DNA of 62,284 bases, filler included, from 9 parts of 9 records of this genome joined end to end with filler, not necessarily neighbours in it; one strand, 5' to 3'; numbered from the whole stretch's first letter, positions 40,472 to 50,179 are shown. Notes: generated from the letters alone by a model not told the origin. Made by a program: numbers and translations.

Positions 40472-41971
40472 TTATAAATTATAGATTTTACCAAATTTAT
40501 TCTCTAGGTAAGTACAGTAGTAATCCGGATTTAACTCTTCTCCCGTCATCTCTTTGATGATCTCAAGAGGAGTTCTGCTCATACCAAATGAGTGGATTTT
40601 TTCGGCAAGATATTTTTTGATCTCTTTAAATTTTCCTTCCAGTAGAAGTTTGTCTATATCCAAATCTTTCTCGATTTGAACCATCATTTGTGATGCATAG
40701 GCATTTCCAAGTGCATATGATGGGAAATATCCGAATAGTCCCGCTGACCAGTGTACGTCTTGAAGCACTCCTTGTGAGTTAGACGGTGGTGTAAGTCCTA
40801 AGTATTCTTCCATTTTTTCATTCCAAATTTTAGGTAGCTCATTTATATCTACATTTCCGTTAAATAACATTTTCTCTATTTCATATCTGATCATTACATG
40901 TAGAGAGTAAGTTAGTTCATCAGCTTCTACTCTGATAAGTGAAGATTCAACTTTATTGATAGCTTTGTAGAAATCTTCCAGTGTTAACTCTTCGAATTTA
41001 GGGAAAAACTCTATTAGTTTTTTATAGATAGGTTTCCAGAATTCAAGGCTTCTACCAAATAAATTCTCATACATTCTTGATTGAGATTCATGGATTCCCA
41101 TTGATGTACCTTGTCCAAGTATAGTTTGAGATACTTCGTTCGCGATTCCCTGTTCATAGATACCGTGCCCGCCTTCATGTAGTACCGAGAATACAGAAGA
41201 TAAGATATTTTTTGCATAATAATGACTTGTGATCCTAACATCGTTATTATCAAAGTGAAGTGTAAATGGATGCACACTCTCTTTTAATATTCCTCTTTCG
41301 AATTCGAAATCAATATATGACGCTAAGTATTTAGCAAATTTCTTTTGCTTATCAATTGAAAACTCCTCTTCCAGAAGTTCAGAATTTATTTTCGTTTCAC
41401 TATTTTGGATTTTCTTTAATAATGGCACGATTCTTTCTCTAAGTGCATCGAAGAATTTATCGGCTCTCTCTATTGTTAAACCAGGTTCATAATCATCAAG
41501 AAGAGTATTATAGGGATGTTCGTTATATCCTCTGTACTCAATGAATTTTTTATTAAAATTAATGATTTTTTCTAACATTGGAGCGAATGAAGCAAAATCA
41601 TTTTTTCCTTTAGCTTCTGCCCAAACTTGTTGAGATTTAGTTAATAGTTTTTGATATTCTGAGTATTCTTCAATAGGGATTTTTGTTGCTCTGTCATATT
41701 GTTTTCTTAATTCTTTAACAACTCTTTGGTCAAGATCAGAAATTTCCGAAGGATTTTCTTCTAAAATTTCGATCATGTTTTTAGTTTCGTCAGAGATAAG
41801 TAATTTATGGTTTTCTTCTACTAAAAGTCCGATTGTTTCAGAGGCTTTTTCCACTGCCATTCTCGGAGCTTCAGTTTCAAGATCCCACTGTAACATTCCC
41901 AGTGCATGTTCGTATGCTTTCATTTTTGCTAATGTTTTATTTAATTGATCTAATATGCTTTGTATATTCAT
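40472..41971 (-). CDS. M32 carboxypeptidase
   Basis: HPF, HEGGH, HESQSR, IRVEADE, QDVHWS and GYFPSYALG; start Met at 41971 with SD. Confidence 0.95.
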   Translation of the reverse strand: MNIQSILDQLNKTLAKMKAYEHALGMLQWDLETEAPRMAVEKASETIGLLVEENHKLLISDETKNMIEILEENPSEISDLDQRVVKELRKQYDRATKIPIEEYSEYQKLLTKSQQVWAEAKGKNDFASFAPMLEKIINFNKKFIEYRGYNEHPYNTLLDDYEPGLTIERADKFFDALRERIVPLLKKIQNSETKINSELLEEEFSIDKQKKFAKYLASYIDFEFERGILKESVHPFTLHFDNNDVRITSHYYAKNILSSVFSVLHEGGHGIYEQGIANEVSQTILGQGTSMGIHESQSRMYENLFGRSLEFWKPIYKKLIEFFPKFEELTLEDFYKAINKVESSLIRVEADELTYSLHVMIRYEIEKMLFNGNVDINELPKIWNEKMEEYLGLTPPSNSQGVLQDVHWSAGLFGYFPSYALGNAYASQMMVQIEKDLDIDKLLLEGKFKEIKKYLAEKIHSFGMSRTPLEIIKEMTGEELNPDYYCTYLENKFGKIYNL

Positions 41972-42071
41972 GTGTTCAAACTCTCCTTTTTCTAGAAAAA
42001 TAGTAATGCCAAGTATTAGACAAATCTCTAACATATAATTATAAACTTATTCTGATATAAAATCAAAAAAA

Positions 42072-42144
42072 TTTGCCGTGGATTTAGCGGATTTATTTGG
42101 ATAGAAGATATTATCCAATTATATCAGCGTTTATCCGCGGCAAA
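42072..42144. repeat. Long imperfect intergenic hairpin
   Basis: Outer stem TTTGCCGTGGAT...ATCCGCGGCAAA with inner stem TTGGATA/TATCCAA. Confidence 0.55.
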
Positions 42145-42156
42145 AACTAATTGTAA

Positions 42157-43611
42157 TTATTCAGCAAAGAAATAAAATAGTGTTTTAACAAATTGTCCTG
42201 TTCCCCCATATGTGTAGAAACTGTATGGAGTATCGGCAAATACCGTACCAGCTATATCAATATGAATCCAAGGTTTGTCTTGTACAAACTTTTCTATAAA
42301 TTTAGCAGCAGTAATTGCTCCGGCAGCTCTCCCACCAGTATTTTTCATATCTGCTACTTTTGAATCAAGTAGTTTCTCATACTCAGGGAAGTTAGGTAGT
42401 GGCCAAACTCTTTCATCAGCTTTTTTTGCTGCTTTTTCCATTTGTGACCATAATTTTTTATTATTACTTACTCCTACAGTTGTAGTTTTACCCAGAGCGA
42501 TTATTGCAGCTCCTGTAAGTGTAGCAACATCAACTATTTTTGACACTTTATGTTTCTCGATTGCATAGTGGATAGCATCTACCAGAGTTAATCTTCCTTC
42601 TGCATCGGTATTGTTTATCTCAATAGTTTTACCAGCCATTGAATCGATGATATCTCCCGGTCTGTAGCTGTTACCGTTAATTGAGTTTTCACATGCTGCA
42701 ATAACTGCAACAACGTTTTTCTTAACTTTCATTTTAGCAAGGGCAGCCATAGTTCCAATTACTGTAGCAGCTCCTCCCATGTCACATCTCATAGTTTCCA
42801 TACCGGCAGTTGGTTTAATTGATAAACCTCCGGTATCATATGTTAGTCCTTTTCCGATTAGTCCGAAAACTTCATCACTTGACGGGTCTCCCATATGCTT
42901 CATTACAATAAGCTTTGGTCTATAGTCAGCAGCTCTTGCTACTGCCATGAATGCTTCCATTTGGTTTTCTACGATATATTCTTCATCGAAAACTTCTACT
43001 TCGTAACCATATTTTTTAGAAAGTTCTACAGCTTTTTTAGCTAGAGTTTCAGGATAGATTACGTTCGCAGGTTCGTTTACAAGGTCTCTTGTAATTAGAC
43101 AAGTTTTAGCCAGAACAATTGATTCAGAGATTTTTTTCTGATCCATTCCTTTAACTAAACCATCTTTGAACTCTGCATAGATTTCGATTTCTCTTTGTGA
43201 TTCTTTCTTGTTAGATTTATATTTATCAAATTTGTATTGCGAAAAAATAGATGCCTCAACAACTGCATTTGGCAGGTTAAGAGCTTCCTCATTTATATAA
43301 ATTAGAGTAGATTTATTCCCCTCTGATGCTTTTAAAGCTTTATATACAGTTTTTCTGAATTGATCAGAATTAAAGTCACTTTTCTTACCAAGTCCGGCTA
43401 TAATTACTTCACTGACATTACCATTGATTTCAGTAAATAATTTTAGTATTTGTCCCTCTTTCCCTTTAAATTCATTAAGGGTAGCGGATTTTTCAATTAA
43501 TTTAATATGATTTTCCAAAAGTGGATTAGTGATCTTTAATTTTCCTTCAAAGTTAAAAAATATAAAAGACTCGTACGATTTAGACGTATTGTCAGTAAAA
43601 TTTAGTTTCAT
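42157..43611 (-). CDS. pepA: M17 leucyl aminopeptidase
   Basis: GKGLTYDTGG, MRCDMGGAA and NTDAEGRL; promoter TTGATA-17-TATAAT upstream. Confidence 0.95.
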   Translation of the reverse strand: MKLNFTDNTSKSYESFIFFNFEGKLKITNPLLENHIKLIEKSATLNEFKGKEGQILKLFTEINGNVSEVIIAGLGKKSDFNSDQFRKTVYKALKASEGNKSTLIYINEEALNLPNAVVEASIFSQYKFDKYKSNKKESQREIEIYAEFKDGLVKGMDQKKISESIVLAKTCLITRDLVNEPANVIYPETLAKKAVELSKKYGYEVEVFDEEYIVENQMEAFMAVARAADYRPKLIVMKHMGDPSSDEVFGLIGKGLTYDTGGLSIKPTAGMETMRCDMGGAATVIGTMAALAKMKVKKNVVAVIAACENSINGNSYRPGDIIDSMAGKTIEINNTDAEGRLTLVDAIHYAIEKHKVSKIVDVATLTGAAIIALGKTTTVGVSNNKKLWSQMEKAAKKADERVWPLPNFPEYEKLLDSKVADMKNTGGRAAGAITAAKFIEKFVQDKPWIHIDIAGTVFADTPYSFYTYGGTGQFVKTLFYFFAE

Positions 43612-43701
43612 ATTTCCTCCTAAAATAATTAACACAATAAATCATTATACAATAAAACCGTTGATTTATCAACGTTTTTTAGTTGATAATCCTATATTTT
43701 A

Positions 43702-43730
43702 TTGATATACTATTACTGTTAATATACAAT
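43702..43730 (+). promoter_or_regulatory. Sigma-70-type promoter upstream of the uORF and EamA gene
   Basis: TTGATA-17-TACAAT. Confidence 0.5.
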
Positions 43731-43766
43731 TTTTAGAAAAAGTGAAAAACAATAGGAGGATTCAGC

Positions 43767-43817
43767 ATGTATTTTGATGAATTATTTGAAAATGATCAAC
43801 CTGTGTCTGCTAAATAG
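43767..43817 (+). CDS. 16-aa small ORF / leader peptide MYFDELFENDQPVSAK
   Basis: Perfect AGGAGG SD 7 nt before the ATG; followed immediately by the GGCAGAG-GCAA-CTCTGTC hairpin. Confidence 0.5.
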   Translation: MYFDELFENDQPVSAK

Positions 43818-43906
43818 GGCAGAGGCAACTCTGTCTGTATAAATTTACTTAAAAATATAAGTGAACTATATAGGATTTAAATAGTTAACTTCAGACGGAG
43901 GAAAAA

Positions 43907-44788
43907 ATGAATAATAATAAATTTTTAGGAGCAATATTTTTGTCAGGAGCAGCCTCGATTTGGGGTGGAATGTATGTAGTGAGCAAATTTGTACTTGAAT
44001 TTATCCCACCATTAACTTTGGTATGGTTGAGATATATAGTTGCTTTTGTAACTTTATTTGCAGTTTTGAAATTTTCCGAGAAAAAAAGCGGAAAAGTCAA
44101 AATTACGAAACGTGATTGGAAGCAGATATTTTTAATTGCTTTTGTAGGTTACTTTATATCAATAGCATTTCAATTTGCAGGGACGAAACTATCCGATGCA
44201 CATACAGGATCGTTGATAACATCTGCAACACCTGCATTTCTGGTTATATTTGCTAGAATTATTTTAAAAGAAAAATTAACTCTTCGAAAAGTAATAGCAT
44301 TAGTTTTATCAACAATAGGAATAGTTGTAGTTGTTGGAACAGGAGGACAGCATTCTGATACTTATATAACGGGAAGTTTGATGCTTATTGTCGCGGCGAC
44401 AACATGGGCGCTTTTAAGTATATTCGTAAAGATTGCATCAAGAAATATCCCGATTTTGGTTATAACAACTTATGCAGTGTTGCTAGCACTGCTTATGATG
44501 ACACCGTTTATGCTATTTGAACTGATTACAACAAAACTAGTACTAAGTAACTCGTATATAATTCCCGGGATATTATATCTGGGAGTTGTAGCAACTGCAC
44601 TCGCTTTTTTCCTATGGAATAAAGGGGTGGAGATGATGGATGCAGGAGTTGGTTCATTGTTTTTCTTTTTTCAGCCAATTAGCGGATCATTATTAGGTTA
44701 CTTGATACTTAAGGAAACATTGACGATGAATTTTTTTGCAGGAGCATTTTTGATACTACTTGGAGTATTTTTTGTGATAAGAGAATAG
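43907..44788 (+). CDS. DMT/EamA family transporter
   Basis: About 10 hydrophobic segments with a two-fold EamA repeat pattern (IWGG...SK; P.TLVWLRY). Confidence 0.92.
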   Translation: MNNNKFLGAIFLSGAASIWGGMYVVSKFVLEFIPPLTLVWLRYIVAFVTLFAVLKFSEKKSGKVKITKRDWKQIFLIAFVGYFISIAFQFAGTKLSDAHTGSLITSATPAFLVIFARIILKEKLTLRKVIALVLSTIGIVVVVGTGGQHSDTYITGSLMLIVAATTWALLSIFVKIASRNIPILVITTYAVLLALLMMTPFMLFELITTKLVLSNSYIIPGILYLGVVATALAFFLWNKGVEMMDAGVGSLFFFFQPISGSLLGYLILKETLTMNFFAGAFLILLGVFFVIRE

Positions 44789-44800
44789 AATAAATTAACG

Positions 44801-44836
44801 AATCCCCTTCTTTGATTGAAAGAGGGGGATTTTTTT
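44801..44836 (+). terminator. Intrinsic terminator
   Basis: AATCCCCTTCTTT...AAAGAGGGGGATT followed by a T-tract. Confidence 0.8.
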
Positions 44837-45036
44837 CTTTTAAAAATAATAACATAAATTATTATAATTTGAATTATTATAATTTTAATAGATAAGCGAG
44901 GGTTTTTGTTACTAAAATAGTAAGGTATTTTGCTTTGAAGTGAGTATAATAATAAAGGATGACTAATAAAAATAATGGTAGCAAAATAGCAATAATATTA
45001 GATAGCGAAAAAGGGGTTATCAAGAGGAGGTTTGAA

Positions 45037-45405
45037 ATGAGTCAAGAGATAGTTGTAGTTTACAGATGGACTGCCAAACCTGAGAAATTAGATGAGCTTA
45101 AAGCAATATACAAAGAGGTATTAAAGGAAATGGAAAATAATGAACCCGGGACACTTAAAATGGATTGTTATTTCTCGGATGAGACAAACTCGATAATTGT
45201 ACATGATGTGTTTGTTGATGAGAATGCGCTGGGAGTTCATCTGGGAGGAACAGCGGCTAAGCATTTTCCAAAGCTTGCTGAAATAGCAGTACCGGGGCCT
45301 TTCTTCTTTTGCGGAGATGTACCGGAAGAGTTAAAACAAGCTGCTGAGAATATGAGAATGGGGGCTGTTTTCGCAGAGAAAGCTTTTGGATTTGAGAGAG
45401 CTTAA
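45037..45405 (+). CDS. ABM-fold (putative quinol monooxygenase-like) protein
   Basis: WTAKPEK...NEPGTL pattern; AGGAGG SD before ATG 45037. Confidence 0.75.
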   Translation: MSQEIVVVYRWTAKPEKLDELKAIYKEVLKEMENNEPGTLKMDCYFSDETNSIIVHDVFVDENALGVHLGGTAAKHFPKLAEIAVPGPFFFCGDVPEELKQAAENMRMGAVFAEKAFGFERA

Positions 45406-45473
45406 AGCGAGAAATAACCTTCGTATAGGAATTAGTTTAAACATATTCTACATATATATTTTAATAATAATAA

Positions 45474-45506
45474 AGGCATGTTTGATTAGTTAATTCAAAC
45501 ATGCCT
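45474..45506. terminator. Bidirectional terminator
   Basis: AGGCATGTTTGA/TCAAACATGCCT between convergent genes. Confidence 0.7.
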
Positions 45507-45537
45507 ACTTTAAAATTAAAGTTATAAATTTACTTCT

Positions 45538-46095
45538 CTACTCTGTCCAATACTCAGGTTTATTCATGGCATCAGCACAAATAACTCTTCCCGAGTTCTT
45601 TAGGATTTCATCCATTGAAGTCAGAGGCATATACATCCATGCATCATGATTTACTTCATCAATTGGATATGTTGCCTCGTATCCGATCTCTTTAATTGCA
45701 TTATTGATAAAGCCGTATTTAGGGTAATATGTAGGATGACCTAATACGAATACGACATCAACAGCCATACCTTTTAGTATTTTCACTCCCTTTTCTATAA
45801 GAGCTCCTCCGATTCCTTTACTTTGACACTCTTTTATTACTCCTAGAGGGGCTAATATATATGTAGAGAGATGATTATTCTCTATAGTTGCTTTGGTAAA
45901 AAACACATGTCCAACAGCCTTTTCACCATCGTATGCCATAAGTGAAACAATGGGTTCGGCACTTTGATCAAGCATTAAATCTGATACTAATACCTGTATC
46001 TCCTCAGCTCCATAGTTTTCGAATGAATCCATGTATACTTCTAAGATTTCTTCTTTGTTATTTACATTAACTTCTTTTATAGTTATATTATTCAA
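45538..46095 (-). CDS. GNAT N-acetyltransferase (YhbS-like)
   Basis: LAPLGV...QSKGIGGALI and VFVLGHPTYYPKYGF. Confidence 0.92.
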   Translation of the reverse strand: MNNITIKEVNVNNKEEILEVYMDSFENYGAEEIQVLVSDLMLDQSAEPIVSLMAYDGEKAVGHVFFTKATIENNHLSTYILAPLGVIKECQSKGIGGALIEKGVKILKGMAVDVVFVLGHPTYYPKYGFINNAIKEIGYEATYPIDEVNHDAWMYMPLTSMDEILKNSGRVICADAMNKPEYWTE

Positions 46096-46114
46096 TCTTC
46101 TTCTCCTTGGTATA

Positions 46115-46243
46115 GGAAAAGCCTTCGGTTCAAAAAATTAAAAAGAGACCGAAGCTCTTTCCAAAACTTTAAAAATTTATATATTATGTCATAATAAAAA
46201 TATTATTAGAATATTTTTACTACTATCAAAAAAACACCTCCTT
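46115..46243 (-). promoter_or_regulatory. Candidate leader-peptide attenuator upstream of the GNAT gene
   Basis: SD AAGGAGGTG plus 7-codon uORF TTG-IVVKIF (46229-46206), then mutually exclusive hairpins at 46162-46115. Confidence 0.5.
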
Positions 46244-46316
46244 GAAATACATTAAATATTTAGATATATTTTTCAAAAGATATATCCTATATAAATTTTA
46301 GTTTCTTTTTGATACA

Positions 46317-46416
46317 NNNNNNNNNNNNNNNNNNNNNNNNNNNNNNNNNNNNNNNNNNNNTTAATTAATTAANNNNNNNNNNNNNNNNNNNNNNNNNNNN
46401 NNNNNNNNNNNNNNNN
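46317..46416. other. Artificial contig linker
   Basis: N44-TTAATTAATTAA-N44. Confidence 0.99.
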
Positions 46417-46420
46417 AGTC

Positions 46421-46576
46421 ATGAAAAAATTACTGAGTCTAATAGCGGTTTTCGTTCTTGTTTTTTCCACCATGGCCTATGCGGGCGGCGACCAGGTATG
46501 CGGCGACAAGGCGGCCGGCCCGGCCGGGTCAACCGGAGGCGGCAAGGTTGAACAAAACCAACCTCCAGCCGATTAA
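46421..46576 (+). CDS. 51-aa small secreted protein (below the ORF-track cutoff)
   Basis: MKKLLSLIAVFVLVFSTMAYA signal peptide followed by GGDQVCGDKAAGPAGSTGGGKVEQNQPPAD. Confidence 0.7.
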   Translation: MKKLLSLIAVFVLVFSTMAYAGGDQVCGDKAAGPAGSTGGGKVEQNQPPAD

Positions 46577-46741
46577 CCCAAAGATAATTCCGAATCCGAA
46601 AAGATTTTCAAACAGTATTATGATCCGGCGTACTACGCGGCGCCGGACGAATTAACTTACCTTTAAAAACTTGACATAAAAGGGCATAGCTGATCAAACT
46701 CCGGTTACAGGCCTGATTGATCGACCGGAGAATACTGATTA

Positions 46742-47302
46742 ATGCCCTACCTGATTTTCGTCATACTGGCTTTGGCCGGGATTCTTTTTGTTATTAAAAT
46801 ATGTTATGTGCTCAGTACGGCCGGGGCCGTGCATGTCACCCAGGGCGCCTTGTTCGTTTCGACATCCCGGATCCGCATAAACGCCTTTCTGGAGGCTTTG
46901 CCCATGCAACCGGGGCAGGTCTTGTATGACCTGGGATGCGGGGACGGCCGCGTTTTACGGGCCGCCAACCGGCGATACGGGGTCAGGGCCGTCGGCTTTG
47001 AAATTAATCCCATGGCCTACTTTCTAGCCAAAATCAAAAGTATTGGCCGCAATGGGGTGAAGATCAAATACGGCGGTTTCAACGCCCATAACATTGGCGA
47101 AGCCGATGTCGTCTTTTGCTACCTGTTTCCCGATGTTCTTAAAGCAATCCGGGACAAGATGGAATCAGAGTTAAAACCCGGAGCCTATATAGTGTCCTGC
47201 AATTTTCCCTTACCCGGTCTGAGCCCGGAAAGGGTAATCAGGCCTCAACCGGCCCTGCATGCAGACCCTATTTACATATACCGCCGTAAAGCGTCAGCCT
47301 AG
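46742..47302 (+). CDS. Membrane-anchored class I SAM-dependent methyltransferase
   Basis: N-terminal TM, YDLGCGDGR, GFEINP and DVVFCYLFP. Confidence 0.9.
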   Translation: MPYLIFVILALAGILFVIKICYVLSTAGAVHVTQGALFVSTSRIRINAFLEALPMQPGQVLYDLGCGDGRVLRAANRRYGVRAVGFEINPMAYFLAKIKSIGRNGVKIKYGGFNAHNIGEADVVFCYLFPDVLKAIRDKMESELKPGAYIVSCNFPLPGLSPERVIRPQPALHADPIYIYRRKASA

Positions 47303-47454
47303 TCTTTGCGGCCCGATACGCATCGGATATGCCCGCTTTTATCCTACCAAACACCGGTTCCGGAGCTTCCCACAGGAGATAAGTCTTGATTTTTAAGGCA
47401 ATATTCTGATAATGTAAGATTGCTCGATCATAGAAGGCAACCGGTGAAAAGGCC

Positions 47455-47925
47455 ATGAAAATAGGAGTTCTATCGGATACTCATCTCCATAATGTATCCG
47501 GGGATTTACGCCGGATAGTGGAGGAGCGTTTCCGGGACTCGGACATGATTCTTCATGCCGGAGATATTGTATCGGGCGCTGTTTTGTCCTATCTTGAATC
47601 TTCGGGAGTAATAGCTGTTCGCGGCAACATGGATATGGCCGCGGTCAGTCAGACCTTGCCCATTAAGAGAGTGGTCAAGGCTGGTCCCTTTAAAATAGGC
47701 CTGATACACGGTTTCGGGGCTCCGCGCGGGTTGGCCGAACAGCTTCGGTTGGAATTTGACGATATCGACTGCCTGGTATTCGGGCATAGTCATCAACCGA
47801 TGAACCTTGTTGTCGGTTCGGAACTCTGGTTCAACCCCGGCAGCGCCGGCGAAGGCGGGCGGGGCTCAATAGGGATGCTCCATGTCGGGGAAAAAATCGA
47901 GGGTGAAATTATTGAGAATTATTAG
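47455..47925 (+). CDS. YfcE/Vps29-like metallophosphoesterase
   Basis: SDTH, HAGD, VRGNMD, FGHSH and NPGS. Confidence 0.92.
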   Translation: MKIGVLSDTHLHNVSGDLRRIVEERFRDSDMILHAGDIVSGAVLSYLESSGVIAVRGNMDMAAVSQTLPIKRVVKAGPFKIGLIHGFGAPRGLAEQLRLEFDDIDCLVFGHSHQPMNLVVGSELWFNPGSAGEGGRGSIGMLHVGEKIEGEIIENY

Positions 47926-47934
47926 GAGTAGTGG

Positions 47935-48444
47935 ATGAAGAACCTTTGGGCGCCCTGGCGCATGACTTATATATTGGGTGAAGACGAGCAGGCCAAAAAC
48001 GAGTCCTGCATTTTTTGCGTTGACGAGGATAAAAACGGGCCGGACAAGGACCGCCTGATTCTTTTTACGGGCCGTCTGAGCATGGTCATGATGAACAAAT
48101 ATCCTTATAATAACGGTCACCTGCTGGTTGCCCCCCGTCGTCATGTCCCGGCGCCGGCGGATTTAACCATCGATGAGATGACCGACCTGATGGTAAAGGT
48201 CCGCGATTCCATTGATATCATGCGTAAGGAATCCAACCCGGACGGATTCAACGTGGGTTTGAATCTGGGACGGGTTGCAGGGGCCGGCGTTGAAGAGCAC
48301 ATGCATTTTCATATTGTGCCCAGGTGGAACGGCGATACGAACTTCATGACCGTTTTTGACGACATCCGGGTCGTGCCTGAACACCTTAACGCTTCTTTCG
48401 ACCGATTGGTGAAATATTTCAACAATCTGGAGGACAAGGCATGA
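47935..48444 (+). CDS. HIT family hydrolase
   Basis: LWAPWR, CIFC, NKYPYNNGH and HMHFHIVPRW. Confidence 0.93.
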   Translation: MKNLWAPWRMTYILGEDEQAKNESCIFCVDEDKNGPDKDRLILFTGRLSMVMMNKYPYNNGHLLVAPRRHVPAPADLTIDEMTDLMVKVRDSIDIMRKESNPDGFNVGLNLGRVAGAGVEEHMHFHIVPRWNGDTNFMTVFDDIRVVPEHLNASFDRLVKYFNNLEDKA

Positions 48445-48815
48445 AGTCGGTCAAAGCCGTTGCTTTAGGACTGTTTGTCATACTCCTGATCCTGTTTGTC
48501 GTTCAAAATCTGCAAGCCTTGTCCCATAGCGAAAGCCTGAAGCTGGACATTTTAGTCACATCTTTCAGCACGCCGCCGCTTATGATGGCCCTTTTGCTGC
48601 TGGCCTGCCTGGCCATCGGATATTTAACGGCTTACTTGCTGGGATTTACGGAAAGAAGAAAATTGAAAAAATCGCTTAAAAGCCTGCAATCAAGGCTTTC
48701 ACGAACCGAAGAGGAGCTCCATTCCCTTCGTAATTTGCCCATAACCGGCGACCCGGGAGCGCCGGTTGAAAACGGCCTGGTTAATGTTAACGGGTCGAAC
48801 AGTGAAGTAGGTTAA
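48441..48815 (+). CDS. lapA: LPS assembly protein LapA-like
   Basis: Two TM segments (FVVQN) plus a coiled coil, upstream of the lapB-like gene. Confidence 0.75.
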   Translation: MKSVKAVALGLFVILLILFVVQNLQALSHSESLKLDILVTSFSTPPLMMALLLLACLAIGYLTAYLLGFTERRKLKKSLKSLQSRLSRTEEELHSLRNLPITGDPGAPVENGLVNVNGSNSEVG

Positions 48816-48819
48816 GGAT

Positions 48820-50172
48820 ATGTGGTCCGCGCCTGTTGACATACCGGGCTTAAATATACAAGTAACCGTATTGCAGTTTACTATCCTGGTTGGATTTATC
48901 TCGCTGATAATAGGTTATTTATTGGCCATGGCCTTCTTACGTCGCCCCAAAATCGATCCGGAACTGGAAGCGGCCAAGGGCAAGGAAAGAGCCACCAGCA
49001 ACGTGGCTTTTATGAAAGGGATAAATTATATCCTTTCCGAAAAGCATGACCAGGCAATCGAAGAGTTAACCCGAGCGGTAAGCGTGGATACGGAAACAGT
49101 GGAAACATACGTGGCCTTGGGCAACCTGTTCCGCCGCAACGGTGAGATCGACCGGGCCATCCGAATTCGGCAGAGTATTATTCTGAGGCCGAACATAGAT
49201 GAAAAAGCTTTGCTGCAGGCCAAATATGATTTGGGCCTTGATTATAAGAGGGGCGGATTTTACGAGAGGGCCTTGCAGACTTTTGAAGAAGTGACCACGG
49301 CGGCCCCGGGCATGATCGACGCCCACCGTCAATTGGTGCAGATTTACGAGGAGACCAGGGATTGGGACAAGGCGGCGCAGTCCGCGGAAAAAATCGGCAG
49401 AATCACCGGGGAGCGCCCGCTGAACGTATTGGCCCACTACCAGGTTGAAAGGGGCAAGGATCTTTTTGAGCAGGGTCTTGGCGCGCAAGCCAAAAATGCC
49501 TACAAAAAAGCCATATCAATGCACCCGGGGTGCGTTGACGCGTACCTGCACATGGGCGATTTGCTGTTACATGAAAGAAAGGCGAAAAAGGCCCTGGCCA
49601 TTTGGCGCAAGCTTATCGATGTGGCTCCGGACATGACTTTCCTGGTTTTCGGAAGGTTGGCCCGGCTTATGGCCGTGATTAGGGATTTACGCCCGGTCGA
49701 AGCGTTTTTAAAAGAGTGCGCTTCCGTGGGGTCCAATCCTCTCGCCCACCTGACCCTGGCCCGGCTTTTGGCAGAACAGGGCAAGGCCGACCAGGCCATT
49801 GAAGAACTGAACAAAGCCCTTGCCCTGGATGATGTTTTTATGGAAGCCAGAAAAGAACTGGGGCTGCTGCTTCTTTCCATGGGACGCAACGAAGAAGCAT
49901 TGGAAGCTTACAGGGAAATGCTGGACAAGATATCAGGGAGGGAAGCATCTTTTCAATGTGAAAGTTGCGGTTTTGAATCCAATGCATTAAGGTGGCGCTG
50001 TCCGCAGTGTCTCAATTGGGACACGGTTTCATTGAAAAAGCAGCTTCCCCGGCTTTTGGCCCCCGGCCCGGAGCCTTATCCTGTTAAACAGCCCCAAACG
50101 GTTGAAGAGCCGTCCGGGGAAAAAGACCAGCCCCCGCCTGACAAGGAGGTATTGCTTCCGGAGGACGCCTGA
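48820..50172 (+). CDS. lapB: LPS assembly protein LapB-like (TPR + rubredoxin-type CxxC...CxxC)
   Basis: N-terminal TM, ALGNLFRRNGEIDRAIRIRQ, TPRs, and CESCGF...WRCPQCLNW. Confidence 0.85.
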   Translation: MWSAPVDIPGLNIQVTVLQFTILVGFISLIIGYLLAMAFLRRPKIDPELEAAKGKERATSNVAFMKGINYILSEKHDQAIEELTRAVSVDTETVETYVALGNLFRRNGEIDRAIRIRQSIILRPNIDEKALLQAKYDLGLDYKRGGFYERALQTFEEVTTAAPGMIDAHRQLVQIYEETRDWDKAAQSAEKIGRITGERPLNVLAHYQVERGKDLFEQGLGAQAKNAYKKAISMHPGCVDAYLHMGDLLLHERKAKKALAIWRKLIDVAPDMTFLVFGRLARLMAVIRDLRPVEAFLKECASVGSNPLAHLTLARLLAEQGKADQAIEELNKALALDDVFMEARKELGLLLLSMGRNEEALEAYREMLDKISGREASFQCESCGFESNALRWRCPQCLNWDTVSLKKQLPRLLAPGPEPYPVKQPQTVEEPSGEKDQPPPDKEVLLPEDA

Positions 50173-50179
50173 TTTAGAT

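Noticed and set aside
43654-43680. Palindrome AAACCGTTGATTTATCAACGTTTT as a novel operator
   Set aside because: It overlaps the -35/spacer of the pepA promoter in very AT-rich DNA and cannot be distinguished from chance without comparative data.
46458-46655. 65-aa ORF listed in the track
   Set aside because: It overlaps the more credible signal-peptide ORF 46421-46576 in another frame.
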